From NCBI GenBank assembly GCA_044376115.1, contig JBILLK010000005.1, forward strand, positions 320,001 through 384,000: a DNA stretch of 64,000 bases, written 5' to 3'. Positions 39,008-48,952 of the stretch are shown here, in pieces (within the stretch, counting starts at the first letter, position 1; each line of letters starts with the position of its first letter). The stretch is from Polyangiaceae bacterium. GTDB taxonomy: Bacteria; Myxococcota_A; Polyangia; Polyangiales; Polyangiaceae. The position numbers were made by a program, and so were the translations under genes. Under the pieces are notes generated by a model. The model was not told the origin of the DNA and made no database searches. It worked only from the letters and a program-made list of their open reading frames with translations.

Positions 39008-41059
39008 GTGTCGCGACCAGAGCAAGACTCAGCCTCAGGCGTAGTGATGACGAGGGAAGGCCTCGTCATCGGTGGTAACAAGGTCCCGCTCCTCGCTGGA
39101 AGCGTTCACTACTGGCGGCTTGATCCAAAACACTGGCGCGATTGCTTGCTCGCCACCAAGCGGATGGGCTTCCCCATCATCGACACCTACGTGCCCTGGT
39201 CGGTGCACGAGGTATCGCCGGGGGTATTGGAGCTCGGGGAGCAAGATCCGCAGCGAGACCTCGGCGCATTCTTGCGCTTGGTTCACGAACTCGGCCTTTG
39301 GGCCATCGTCAGGCCCGGCCCCCATATCAACGCCGAGTTGACCTGCTTCGGCATTCCCGACCGCATCATCTGGGACCAAGCCTGCCAAGCTCGCGGGCCC
39401 ACGGGCGCGCCAGTGGTATTGCCGATGCTGCCGCTGGCGTTCCCAGTGCCGAGCTATGCCAGCAAGACCTTCATCGACGAGACCAAGCGCTACTTCATAG
39501 AGCTTGGCAAGGTGTTGAAGCCTCTGCTCTACCCTGCAGGGCCCATCGTCATGGTCCAGGTGGACAACGAAGGGGCGATGTACTTCCGAGACGGTCCCTA
39601 CGATCAGGACTACCACCCCGATGCCTTAGCGCTCTATCGCGAGTTCCTGCGTTCAAAGTACAAGTCAATCGAGGCGTTTTCTGCGGCCTACGGAAATCCC
39701 AATCTGCGCTTCTCCGAGGCTGATCCACCCACGACCTTCGATGCCACTCGCTCCGAAGAACTCGTGCGCCACATTGACTGGACCGAGTTCCACGAGGTGC
39801 TGCTGGCCAACGCCATGACCGAGTTTGCGGCGGCGCTGACCGAGGCTGGCATCGTTGGCGTCCCGCGCTCGCACAACTTCCCTCCCGGACAAGAGTCGAC
39901 GCCGCTCAACGCGGCTCGCATCGGCCAGGCGGTGGACCTGATCGGTTATGACTACTACAACAAGGCCTCCCCTGCGACGCGCAACATCCTATCGCGTAGA
40001 ACCTCGGAGCTCGCCGTTCGCAGTGACGCGCTGAATGTCCCGGCCTTTGCTTGTGAGCTCGGCGCCGGGTTCCCGCCGTTCTTTCCACCGCTCGAGGAGC
40101 GAGACAGTATTTTTACTGTGCTATGCGCGTTGGCCTACGGCTTGCGCGCCTTCAACCTTTACATGGCTGTCGAGCGGGACCGCTGGATCGGTGCACCGAT
40201 CGACCCGCAAGGCAGGCCGCGCCCGTTTGCTGTGTTCTGGACCAAGCTCAGCGAAGCGCTGAATCGGGTTGGCTTCTTCTCGCTCGAACGACACACGCCG
40301 GTGCGGATCTTGATCCCTCGCAATGAGCGCCGACTCGCTCGCGTGATGCACGCGTTCGGCCCTGTCTCAGGAGCGTTCTTTGCGGTAACCGGCGCGGGTG
40401 CAAAGGAGTGTGCTTTCGAAGAAGAGCTTGGGCTCGGCTATGCACCGGCGGTTGAGGCAGACAGCTTTGCGCGGCTGCTCGAGGCGAGCTTGGAGGCTCG
40501 CGGGGTACCGTTCGCTCACATTGGCGGCGAAGACCGTGACGTCTCGCTCGAGGGCGCCAAGTGGCTGATCGTCGTTAGCTCCGGGGGGCTCAGCGCAACG
40601 TTGATGGAGCGCCTCCAAGAAGCCGCAGCGCGCGGAACGCTCGTCACCATTGGTCCTCGGCTCCCGGAGCTCGGTGGCGCACGTCGTCTACTCAAGACGC
40701 CGTTCGATCTGTCGTCGCTGAGTTCGAGGTCCGACATCGAGTTGCATTGCCCGCTCGACCCGGCGCGAGCCGAGGGGCTGGTGGGCCAAGCCATCAGCAC
40801 GCTCGATTTGCCGACGCTATCCACCGACAAAGACGAGATCTTCACCACCGTACATCACGATGCGCTGGGGGTTCCGCGCCTGCTCTTCGTCATCAACCCA
40901 ACAGAGCTCGAGCGGACCGTTACCGTCTCGGTCGATCCGAGCGTCGAGTCGGCCTCCGACATCCTCAAAGCCCAGTCCTTCAAGCTTCAGCAAGGGACGC
41001 TCGAGCTTGCCATCAGGCCCAAGACAGTCCGCGTGCTCGAGCTTCGGCCTGCTGGTTAG
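39008..41059 (+). CDS. Beta-galactosidase (GH35/GH42-like)
   Basis: GSVHYWR, DTYVPWSVHE, VRPGPHINAE, QVDNE (acid/base), CELGAG (putative nucleophile). Confidence 0.85.
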   Translation: MSRPEQDSASGVVMTREGLVIGGNKVPLLAGSVHYWRLDPKHWRDCLLATKRMGFPIIDTYVPWSVHEVSPGVLELGEQDPQRDLGAFLRLVHELGLWAIVRPGPHINAELTCFGIPDRIIWDQACQARGPTGAPVVLPMLPLAFPVPSYASKTFIDETKRYFIELGKVLKPLLYPAGPIVMVQVDNEGAMYFRDGPYDQDYHPDALALYREFLRSKYKSIEAFSAAYGNPNLRFSEADPPTTFDATRSEELVRHIDWTEFHEVLLANAMTEFAAALTEAGIVGVPRSHNFPPGQESTPLNAARIGQAVDLIGYDYYNKASPATRNILSRRTSELAVRSDALNVPAFACELGAGFPPFFPPLEERDSIFTVLCALAYGLRAFNLYMAVERDRWIGAPIDPQGRPRPFAVFWTKLSEALNRVGFFSLERHTPVRILIPRNERRLARVMHAFGPVSGAFFAVTGAGAKECAFEEELGLGYAPAVEADSFARLLEASLEARGVPFAHIGGEDRDVSLEGAKWLIVVSSGGLSATLMERLQEAAARGTLVTIGPRLPELGGARRLLKTPFDLSSLSSRSDIELHCPLDPARAEGLVGQAISTLDLPTLSTDKDEIFTTVHHDALGVPRLLFVINPTELERTVTVSVDPSVESASDILKAQSFKLQQGTLELAIRPKTVRVLELRPAG

Positions 41060-41601
41060 CGCTCGGGTCGGTAGTCCGGGTAGCTTTTGTCGCGTGCCGA
41101 GATGACGGTTGCGTCAATCGGCCAAACAATACCAAAGGCCGGGTCATCAAAGCGCACCCCCCGCGCGCTTTGAGGCTCGAACGCGGGGGTTATTTGATAG
41201 AGCAACTCGCACTGGTCCTCGAGCGTAATAAAGCCATGGGCGCAGCCGGCGGGGATATAGAGCGCTACGTGGTTATCCGCCGTCAGCTCCGCCGCAGTCC
41301 AAAGTAGGTAGGTCGGCGAGGTCGGCCGCAGGTCGAGCGCCACGTCGAATACTCGTCCGCGCGTGCAGCGCACGAGCTTGGTTTCAGCGTACGGCGCGGC
41401 TTGATAGTGCATGCCGCGCAAGGTCCCTCGTTTGTGATTGAACGAGATGCTGAATTGCACGTCGGGAACCGTGAGCCCCCGCTCTCGAAAGCTCGCGACA
41501 GAAAACGTACGCGCGAAGAAGCCGCGCTCGTCAGCAAGCTTCTCAGGCACGAGCCGAAAGGCCCCATCGACCTCGGTGGGATGGAACGCAAGCTCACTCA
41601 T
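41056..41601 (-). CDS. rfbC: dTDP-4-dehydrorhamnose 3,5-epimerase
   Basis: DERGFFAR, GTLRGMHYQ, KLVRCTRGRVFDVALDLR, IPAGCAHGF, FDDPAFGIVWP. Confidence 0.93.
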   Translation of the reverse strand: MSELAFHPTEVDGAFRLVPEKLADERGFFARTFSVASFRERGLTVPDVQFSISFNHKRGTLRGMHYQAAPYAETKLVRCTRGRVFDVALDLRPTSPTYLLWTAAELTADNHVALYIPAGCAHGFITLEDQCELLYQITPAFEPQSARGVRFDDPAFGIVWPIDATVISARDKSYPDYRPER

Positions 41602-42473
41602 CGCAAGTCCAAGAGCTCCTCGGCATTGCCAAACAAAACCTGTTCGCGCTTGCTCTCGCTAAGCGGTAGTCGCGACACCCAGCCGAGGATCTCCCCGTAA
41701 TCGTAGGAGCCGTCCGACTCGTGGAAGCCGTAGGGTGCGTCGGTACCGAACAGGCAGCGCTCCGGACCCATCACCCGCACGACGTCCCGCGCCAGCGCTT
41801 CATCGAGGTAGGGGCTGGACAGGTCGACCCGGAGGTTGGGCAAATCTTTGCCGGCCCGCCAGAGATCGTCGAAGAACGGAAAACCTGCGTGCGCGGCGAC
41901 CAGCTTCAACTTGGGGAACGCTTCACAGATTGTGCGGTAGTCACCGCGGGCTCCGAACCCGAGATGAATCAGCACCGGCAAGCGCAGCTCTTCGGCGCGG
42001 CGTAGCAATGGCGTAAGCAGCTCTGTTCGATAGTCGTGCCAATGCGGGTGAAGCTTGAGCCCGACCATGCCGGGGCTACTCCGCCACTGCTCGAGCTCGT
42101 CCAGCACGCGCGGGTTCTGTCTCGGATTGAGAAAGATCCATCCAAGTACGCGCTTGGGATGTTGGGCGCACAAGGTAGCGACGCTCGCGTTGTCCGGTCG
42201 GGCATCGATCGCGATGGTTTTCCCCGAGATGACGACGTTTCCTTCCGGGGTCAGGGTGCGTCGGTGGATCGCTTCGACCAAGGGGCGGGTCCAAGAACGA
42301 CGAGCCAGGGCGCGCGCTACTTTCAGCAGGTTGGTGGGTGACTCGAGGATGGGCTCGTTCATGGAAGGGATGAGAACCACTCGGGAAACCGCGCGAGCGT
42401 CCAACTTCTGCAAGAGCGCTCCGGCCTGCAACATTCGCGGCTCGTAGTGAGCGTGCACATCGATGATCCGCAT
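41598..42473 (-). CDS. Amidohydrolase_2 family metallohydrolase
   Basis: IIDVHAH, GLKLHP, PVLIHLG, AAHAG, DLS, LFGTDAP, GNA motifs. Confidence 0.85.
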   Translation of the reverse strand: MRIIDVHAHYEPRMLQAGALLQKLDARAVSRVVLIPSMNEPILESPTNLLKVARALARRSWTRPLVEAIHRRTLTPEGNVVISGKTIAIDARPDNASVATLCAQHPKRVLGWIFLNPRQNPRVLDELEQWRSSPGMVGLKLHPHWHDYRTELLTPLLRRAEELRLPVLIHLGFGARGDYRTICEAFPKLKLVAAHAGFPFFDDLWRAGKDLPNLRVDLSSPYLDEALARDVVRVMGPERCLFGTDAPYGFHESDGSYDYGEILGWVSRLPLSESKREQVLFGNAEELLDLR

Positions 42474-42530
42474 CTTGGCCTCTCAAACTTCAGTCCGGGC
42501 CGAGCCCGGTGCTAAGCTAACCGCCGCCTT

Positions 42531-44015
42531 ATGAACGACGCTGCGCCTCTCGTCCCGGTCTCGCCTGGTGACATCCTTCTCGGCAAATACGTGGTTGAGC
42601 GTGTGATCGGCGCCGGCGGTATGGGCGTGGTCGTCGCGGTGCGCCACCGCGAGCTCGGTGAACTCTACGCAATGAAGTTCATGTTGCCCGCCGCTCTGGC
42701 CAACGAGCAGGCGATCGACCGCTTCGTCCGAGAGGCGCGCGCGGCGGCCAAGCTGAAAAGCGAGCACGTAGCCAAAGTACACGACGTTGGGCGTTTGGAG
42801 AACGGCGCGCCCTACATGGTGATGGAGCACCTCACCGGCCAAGATCTCGAGGCGGTGCTCTCGGCAACAGGACCGCTGTCCCCCGAGGTGGCTGCCACCT
42901 ACGTGATGCAAGCTTGTGACGCTATCGCTGAGGCTCACGACGCTGGGGTCATTCACCGCGATCTCAAGCCGGCCAACCTATTCGTAACCAAGCGAGCCAA
43001 CGGCAGCCCGTGCGTGAAGGTGCTCGACTTCGGCATCTCCAAGCAGGTCAATCCGGATGAGGCCGCAAACTCGATGACGCGCACCACGGCGATCATGGGG
43101 TCGCCGTATTACATGTCCCCGGAGCAGATGCGGTCGAGCAAGAACGTGGACCACCGCACCGACATCTGGGCGCTGGGGGTGATCCTCTATCAGCTCTCCA
43201 CGGGCCGCGTGCCTTTCCCCGGCGAGACGATCACCGAGGTGTGCTCCGGCGTGCTCGCCGATGAACCCGCGTCTCTTACCGTCATCGCGCATATTCCCGC
43301 AGCCTTCGATGGGATCGTTCGGCGTTGCTTGCAAAAGAACCCGACCTCGCGCTTCGCCAATGCACGCGAGCTGGCGTCGGCTTTGGCCGCTGTTGCAGGC
43401 GCCTCGCCTGGTACGAGCGGGCTCAATCTTCAGGTGGCTTCTGCGCTCCCTGGCCAGCCTGCTCGCCCCGGAACGATGGCGATGGACGGGCCGCCGCCGC
43501 AGTTGGCGCAAGCCCTCTCGAGGTCGCAGGGCGGCCAGGTTGCTCAAAGCGGTCAGACGCAAACGGAGTGGGGACGGCCCGTTGCTCCGCCGCAAAAGAA
43601 GAGCTCCGCAGGTTTGGTGATCGGCCTGCTTGGGCTCGCGCTGGTCGGAGGAGGAATTGGCGCCTTCGTGTTCATGCAGAAGGGCAAGGCCCCTGAGCCC
43701 GCTGCCGCGACGGCCAAGGAGACGGCGAGCGAGCCGGCCACGGCCCAGCCCGTAGAGACGGCAACGGCGAAGCCAGCGTTCGGTGACGGGCCGGGCACGA
43801 GTGCAACGCCGACAAGCTCTGCCACATTGGCTGCTAGCGCACCTGTTTCGGCGGAGCCAAGCGCAGAGCCGACCGCCAAGCCAACGGCCACGGCGGTGGC
43901 GACGGCCACGACGAAGGTCGTCAGCAAACCCACGCCGACAGCGAAAGCCACGGCCGTCGTTACCTCGAAACCAGTTGCAACGGCGCGTCCCACGGTTGGC
44001 GGCGGCATCTTCTGA
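42531..44015 (+). CDS. Membrane-anchored Ser/Thr protein kinase
   Basis: IGAGGMGVV, AMK, HRDLKPAN, DFG, GSPYYMSPE; TM (LVIGLLGLALVGGGIGAFVF); Pro/Thr/Ala tail ending GGGIF. Confidence 0.93.
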   Translation: MNDAAPLVPVSPGDILLGKYVVERVIGAGGMGVVVAVRHRELGELYAMKFMLPAALANEQAIDRFVREARAAAKLKSEHVAKVHDVGRLENGAPYMVMEHLTGQDLEAVLSATGPLSPEVAATYVMQACDAIAEAHDAGVIHRDLKPANLFVTKRANGSPCVKVLDFGISKQVNPDEAANSMTRTTAIMGSPYYMSPEQMRSSKNVDHRTDIWALGVILYQLSTGRVPFPGETITEVCSGVLADEPASLTVIAHIPAAFDGIVRRCLQKNPTSRFANARELASALAAVAGASPGTSGLNLQVASALPGQPARPGTMAMDGPPPQLAQALSRSQGGQVAQSGQTQTEWGRPVAPPQKKSSAGLVIGLLGLALVGGGIGAFVFMQKGKAPEPAAATAKETASEPATAQPVETATAKPAFGDGPGTSATPTSSATLAASAPVSAEPSAEPTAKPTATAVATATTKVVSKPTPTAKATAVVTSKPVATARPTVGGGIF

Positions 44016-44035
44016 GCCGCTGACTTCTGCGGCGG

Positions 44036-44653
44036 TCAGTCGAGGAAACGCACCTGCTCGGCTGCCGCTTTCCACTCGAAGTCGCGGCCGGCTTGGGGTC
44101 TGACCAGCTCAGGACCAAGCAGCGGAAGAGGCACCAACCAGGCGAGGTTGGGGTATGCGCGCGCAAACGCCGCTAGCGCTAGCGGACCAGCAAAGCCGAT
44201 GAAGACGAGCGTTCGATCGAGCGGCAGTCTGCGCAGTCTGCGCGTGTAGATGTTGAGCAGGGTGAAGCCCAACGCGAGGATTGGCGTCGCGAGTCCGAAG
44301 GTCGGGAAGTACCACGCGCCAGCGATGCACACCGCCATGAGGGCGAGGCCGCTCACCCGGCTCTGCAGCACCAGCTTGCGCTGGATGGCCAATCCGACGG
44401 GGTTGCGCGCGCTGCACTTGGGACAGGTTGCAAATCGCAGGACCTCGCGCGCGAGCTCTTCCAAGCTCTTGGTCTTGACGCTGATCGCTTTGGCGGTGCC
44501 CGCGTCGATCTGTCGCTTGGCCTCTTCAGGCGGCAGAAAGAACACGCGGTCCTTTTTGTTGACCGGCACATCGGGGATCTTGAGCCCGCTTACGCGCACG
44601 GTGGTTTCTGCCGCGCAGGCCTCGCATGCGTACGTCAAGGTGACCGCTGCCAT
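44036..44653 (-). CDS. Hypothetical membrane protein with a split CxxC...CxxC zinc-ribbon
   Basis: CEAC and CPKC motifs followed by about four hydrophobic segments. Confidence 0.65.
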   Translation of the reverse strand: MAAVTLTYACEACAAETTVRVSGLKIPDVPVNKKDRVFFLPPEEAKRQIDAGTAKAISVKTKSLEELAREVLRFATCPKCSARNPVGLAIQRKLVLQSRVSGLALMAVCIAGAWYFPTFGLATPILALGFTLLNIYTRRLRRLPLDRTLVFIGFAGPLALAAFARAYPNLAWLVPLPLLGPELVRPQAGRDFEWKAAAEQVRFLD

Positions 44654-44700
44654 CGATTGCGCTGCTTAGCGGAAGTTGCGGCGCGCGGTGAAGGAAAGGC

Positions 44701-44730
44701 AAAAGCCCACCAGCTTGGCCGGTGGGCTTT
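44701..44730 (-). terminator. Intrinsic terminator of pckA
   Basis: AAAGCCCACC (44702-44711) / GGTGGGCTTT (44721-44730) stem with a U-run on the minus strand, about 20 bp after the pckA stop. Confidence 0.75.
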
Positions 44731-44751
44731 CGCGTGCAAAGCGACTGGCTG

Positions 44752-46338
44752 TTAGAGGCGCGGGCCAGCTTTGCGAACGTCTTCCGACGCTTGCTCGGCG
44801 AACTTCTTGAAGTTGTCGGTGAAGAGCGCCGCGAGCTTCTTCGCCATGGCGTCGTAGCCGGCCTTGTCAGCCCAGGTGTTGCGCGGAATCAGCATCTCAG
44901 CGGGGACCCCAGCGCACTCGGTCGGGACGGCCAAGCCAAAGGTGGGATCCTCCACCGTCTTGGCGTTGTTGAGCTCGCCGTTGTGGATCGCGTCGATGAT
45001 GGCGCGCGTGTACTTGAGCTTCATACGCGAACCAACGCCGTGCGGACCGCCTGACCAGCCGGTGTTGACGAGCCAGCATTGGGCGTTGTGCTTGGTGAGC
45101 TTGGAGGCGAGCAGCTCGGCGTACTTCGTCGGGTGCCACACGATGAAGGGCTGGCCAAAGCAGGAGGAGAACGTGGCCGAAGGCTCGGTCACACCCATCT
45201 CGGTACCGGCCACCTTCGCCGTGTAGCCCGAGATGAAGTGGTACATCGCCTGGGCGTTGGTGAGCTTCGACACGGGGGGCAACACGCCGAAGGCGTCGCA
45301 GGTGAGGAAGATCACGTTGTTCGGGTGCTTGGCGACGCAAGGCACCTTGGCGTTCGGGATGTATTCGATCGGGTAGCTGCAGCGGGTGTTGTCGGTGATC
45401 GAAACGTTGTCGTAGTCCACCCTGCGGGTGTGCTCGTCGAAGACGACGTTCTCGAGCACTGAGCCGAAGCGGATCGCGCGGAAGATGTCGGGTTCGGCGG
45501 CCTCGCTGAGGTTGATGGCCTTCGCGTAGCAACCACCCTCGATGTTGAACACGCCCTCGTCGCTCCAAGCGTGCTCGTCATCCCCAATCAACTTGCGCTT
45601 CGGATCGGCCGAGAGCGTGGTCTTGCCGGTTCCGGAGAGGCCGAACAAAACCGAGACGTCGCCCTTGTCCCCCTCGGTGGCCGAGCAGTGCATCGAAAGC
45701 ACGCCTTGCTTGGGCATCAGGTAGTTCATGATCGTGAACACACCCTTCTTCATCTCCCCGGCGTACTCCGAGCCGAGAATGACGAACTCTTTGCGCTCGA
45801 AGCTGAGCGCGATGCTCGTCGTCGAGGTCATGCCGAAGGTGTAGCGGTTGGCCGGGAATTTCCCGCCGTTGAAGATCACGTAGTCCGGCTCACCGAAGTT
45901 CTCGAGCTCTTCGTCGGTCGGGCGGATCAACATGTTGTGCATGAACAGCGCGTGGTAGGCGCGGGCACAGATCACGCGGATCTTGATGCGGTACTTCGGG
46001 TCCCAGCCAGCGTAGCCGTCGATGCAGTAAAGGTGCTCGCGCGTGTTGAGGTAGTCGATGGCGCGTTCACGGTTGGTGAGGAATACCTGCTCGGTCAGCT
46101 TGATATTGACCGGCCCCCACCAAACGTCGTTGGTGCTGTCGGGGTGGTCCATGATGCGCTTGTCTTTGGGGCTGCGGCCGGTCTTGGCTCCGCTCAGCGC
46201 CACGAGCGCGCCGCTCGAGGTGATGGCGCTCCCTTTCTCTCGCTGCAGAGCGAGCTCGTACAAGTGGGCCGCGGAGGGGTTCCGCAGCACCTCATGGACC
46301 GAGATTCCGTGGTTCGCGAGGGAGAACGAATTCACCAT
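44752..46338 (-). CDS. pckA: Phosphoenolpyruvate carboxykinase (ATP)
   Basis: [61 protein letters not shown] before ATG 46338. Confidence 0.97.
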   Translation of the reverse strand: MVNSFSLANHGISVHEVLRNPSAAHLYELALQREKGSAITSSGALVALSGAKTGRSPKDKRIMDHPDSTNDVWWGPVNIKLTEQVFLTNRERAIDYLNTREHLYCIDGYAGWDPKYRIKIRVICARAYHALFMHNMLIRPTDEELENFGEPDYVIFNGGKFPANRYTFGMTSTTSIALSFERKEFVILGSEYAGEMKKGVFTIMNYLMPKQGVLSMHCSATEGDKGDVSVLFGLSGTGKTTLSADPKRKLIGDDEHAWSDEGVFNIEGGCYAKAINLSEAAEPDIFRAIRFGSVLENVVFDEHTRRVDYDNVSITDNTRCSYPIEYIPNAKVPCVAKHPNNVIFLTCDAFGVLPPVSKLTNAQAMYHFISGYTAKVAGTEMGVTEPSATFSSCFGQPFIVWHPTKYAELLASKLTKHNAQCWLVNTGWSGGPHGVGSRMKLKYTRAIIDAIHNGELNNAKTVEDPTFGLAVPTECAGVPAEMLIPRNTWADKAGYDAMAKKLAALFTDNFKKFAEQASEDVRKAGPRL

Positions 46339-46645
46339 TTGAGTCACTCCTTGGCTCAGGTCGAGCCTACGCCGACGGGCGAGAACAACGGCCCCACTCT
46401 TGCCATTTTCGCCGCCAGGATCCCACCCCCAAACGTGCTTCTGGCGCTGATGACGACGTGACGCGATGCACCATTTCGGCCTCGAATTGCACGCGTCGCA
46501 AATAAATATCGATGCACCCTCGATCAAAATTTGGCCCATCGGTTCCAATGTAAGTCATTGTGCGCCCAGGTAGTCCTGAGTGGTTTTTGATAGCTGCCGG
46601 GAAACACGAGTCAATTCGCGCACTAGCGCCCTATCGAGGTTCGTT

Positions 46646-47461
46646 ATGAAGTTCACCCTCTGGATGTTGGGTCTTCCGCTTCTGCTCACCGCCTCAAGCG
46701 CTTCGGCGGAGACGCTGAGCGTCAAGCTCGCGTCGGCGAACTTCCGAGCGCGTCCGCACGAGGCCGCCGAACTCAAGTTCTCGGCCGATAAGTTCTTCCC
46801 GGTTGACGTGGTCGAGAAGAAGAACGGCTGGGCCAAGGTTCGTGACTTCGAAGGCGATGAGGCCTGGGTGCTCGAGCGAGCGCTTGGCAACACGCAGAGC
46901 GTCGTCGTTTCCGCGGAGAAGGCGAACATCCGCGAGGCCGCCAACACCACCAGCGACGTGCTCTTCACCGTCAAGCGCGGTGAGGTCTTCAAGGTGGAAT
47001 CGCGCCAAGGCAACTGGCTCAAGGTGGTCGATGCCAACGGCGACGGCGGCTTCATTCGAGACGACATGACCTGGGGCGAGTTGCCCGCGCCTGCGGAGGT
47101 CGCCGAGAAGGCCGAGGAGCTGGTCAAAGGCTCTTCCTCGGCGAAAGAGACCACGCTGGCTGTCGACAAGGCCGTCGAGATCACCCAAAAGGTTGGTCAG
47201 GCGACCGAGGTGAAGCCGCCCGCCGCGAGTGAGCTCGAGACGCTCTCGAAGAAGGCCACCGAGTGGGCCTCACGACCGGAGAACCTCGAGGTGCTATGCC
47301 GCGCCTATCTCGAGGAGGTCAAGACTCACTCCGAGAAGAAGCCGACCGCAACGGCAACGCCGAAGAAGGCTGGCAAGCCCGCAGCTCAGCCCAAATCGGC
47401 GTCGAACCAAAAGAGCCCTGGGAAACCCAAGGCTCAAAAGAAGTCGACCAAGAAAGCTTGA
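46646..47461 (+). CDS. Secreted tandem SH3-like domain protein with a Lys-rich tail
   Basis: Signal peptide; two bacterial SH3 repeats (ANFRARP...WAKVRDFEGDEAWV; ANIREAA...WLKVVDANGDGGFI). Confidence 0.85.
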   Translation: MKFTLWMLGLPLLLTASSASAETLSVKLASANFRARPHEAAELKFSADKFFPVDVVEKKNGWAKVRDFEGDEAWVLERALGNTQSVVVSAEKANIREAANTTSDVLFTVKRGEVFKVESRQGNWLKVVDANGDGGFIRDDMTWGELPAPAEVAEKAEELVKGSSSAKETTLAVDKAVEITQKVGQATEVKPPAASELETLSKKATEWASRPENLEVLCRAYLEEVKTHSEKKPTATATPKKAGKPAAQPKSASNQKSPGKPKAQKKSTKKA

Positions 47462-47483
47462 GTCCGTCCGCTCGCACCCGCTC

Positions 47484-48494
47484 TCAGAGGAGCGGGTAGT
47501 CGAGCTCGCTGCGCACGTAGATCTCCTCGTACTTGATCAGCGGATCGGCCGGCGGAGCGAAGATGCCAAACACTCCGACAACCTCGGCGAAGTTGGTGTT
47601 GAGCCCGTCGGTTAGGCCGGTGAACGCCTTGGTATCCAAGAAGAACGGGCTCAAGCTCGTGATGCCGGGGTTCATCGGATCGATGGGAGCGCCGGTGTCC
47701 CAAAGGCCGAAGGTTGCTTCCGGCGCGTTGGGATTGCCCGAGACCGTGTCAACGCGCACGAGCACTGGGCCCATCGTGTTCTCGTAGGCGTCGACGGTGA
47801 GGTCGGCCAAGGTCGCGAGTACAGGCGTAGGCGTTCCCGTTCCAACGACCTCGGCGCAGCCCGGAAGGTTGGTTGACACGAAGAAGAAGAGCTCATTCTT
47901 TCCGTTGGCCGTGTCGCGGAAGGCGAAGGCACGTAGGTCGACGCGATCACCGACGGCCAGCTGGGTGAAGTAGTTCGCCGTTGACGGTGATACGCCCACG
48001 CGCAGGCTTTGCTTGTTTGCGGCGGCGAGACTCGCGAAGCTCTCTTGCTGTTGGACGAAGAACTGGCACGCGACGCCGGTCTCACAACCGTCGCCGGCGA
48101 CCGCGGTTACGTAGACCCCCGGGACCCAATACTCGGTCGGGCCGGCCGGATCGTCCGCCCATACTTCGGCGATCGTGCTCGACTCGAGACCCGGCGGCTG
48201 GACGTCGCAGGTCGGCCAGCCGCCGCCGGCTCCGCCGCCCCCTGCTGTTTGACCGCCCTCGCCACCGAGGCCGCCCTCACCACCGAGGCCGCCTTCCCCT
48301 GCGTTGGCGCCGGTTCCACCCGCCCCTCCGCTGCCACCGCCACCGCTAACCGTTGCACCCGCCCCCCCCGCTGATTCTCCGCCAGCGCCGCCCGACCCAC
48401 CGCTGGCCGGCACCTCTCCGCCTCCGCACGCGAGAAGAAGGGAGACGGCTGCAAACGGGGTAAACACACTCAAGTTCGGGCGTCGTTGAAGCAT
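47484..48494 (-). CDS. Hypothetical lipoprotein (Gly-rich linker, beta-rich domain)
   Basis: Lipobox LLAC; GGEGGL repeats; VYVTAV...FFVQQ. Confidence 0.7.
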   Translation of the reverse strand: MLQRRPNLSVFTPFAAVSLLLACGGGEVPASGGSGGAGGESAGGAGATVSGGGGSGGAGGTGANAGEGGLGGEGGLGGEGGQTAGGGGAGGGWPTCDVQPPGLESSTIAEVWADDPAGPTEYWVPGVYVTAVAGDGCETGVACQFFVQQQESFASLAAANKQSLRVGVSPSTANYFTQLAVGDRVDLRAFAFRDTANGKNELFFFVSTNLPGCAEVVGTGTPTPVLATLADLTVDAYENTMGPVLVRVDTVSGNPNAPEATFGLWDTGAPIDPMNPGITSLSPFFLDTKAFTGLTDGLNTNFAEVVGVFGIFAPPADPLIKYEEIYVRSELDYPLL

Positions 48495-48612
48495 CTGGGG
48501 GCCTTAAGCAATCGGCACTCGCGCCGCAAGCCCATCAAAAGCAACGAATTTGCCCGAACGATAGCTTTTCTCGGGTGACAGAGGGCCGGCTGTCTCATAA
48601 GGTCGACAGCCC

Positions 48613-48939
48613 GTGAGAGTTCTTCTCCTCCTCGCGGCCGTTCCGGCCCTCCTAGCGACAGAAACCGCTGTCGAGGTTAGCTCGTCGCTGTTCGGGGCGA
48701 GCACCGTCGCTGAAGCACAGGCGAGTTCGCAGGAACTGCGAGTCGGAGACACGCTGCAGGCCGTTCGTGACGTCTCGCTCGACGAGGCCATCGTCGCCGA
48801 GGGTTCCAAGGTCAACGTGAGCGGCAAACGTTCTCTGAACGGAAGCGTCGTGGTGGATGTTGCGCTCGCGGATGGGCACGTGGTGAAAGGCCTGCCGCTG
48901 GCTGAGATCCACAAGAACTTCCGTCGCGTCGATCGTTAG
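48613..48939 (+). CDS. Small secreted hypothetical protein
   Basis: N-terminal hydrophobic signal; co-directional with ddl. Confidence 0.55.
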   Translation: MRVLLLLAAVPALLATETAVEVSSSLFGASTVAEAQASSQELRVGDTLQAVRDVSLDEAIVAEGSKVNVSGKRSLNGSVVVDVALADGHVVKGLPLAEIHKNFRRVDR

Positions 48940-48952
48940 CGCGCTGGTGACC

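Noticed and set aside
48255..48300. 18-bp tandem DNA repeats
   Set aside because: They simply encode the GGEGGL linker repeats of the lipoprotein on the minus strand
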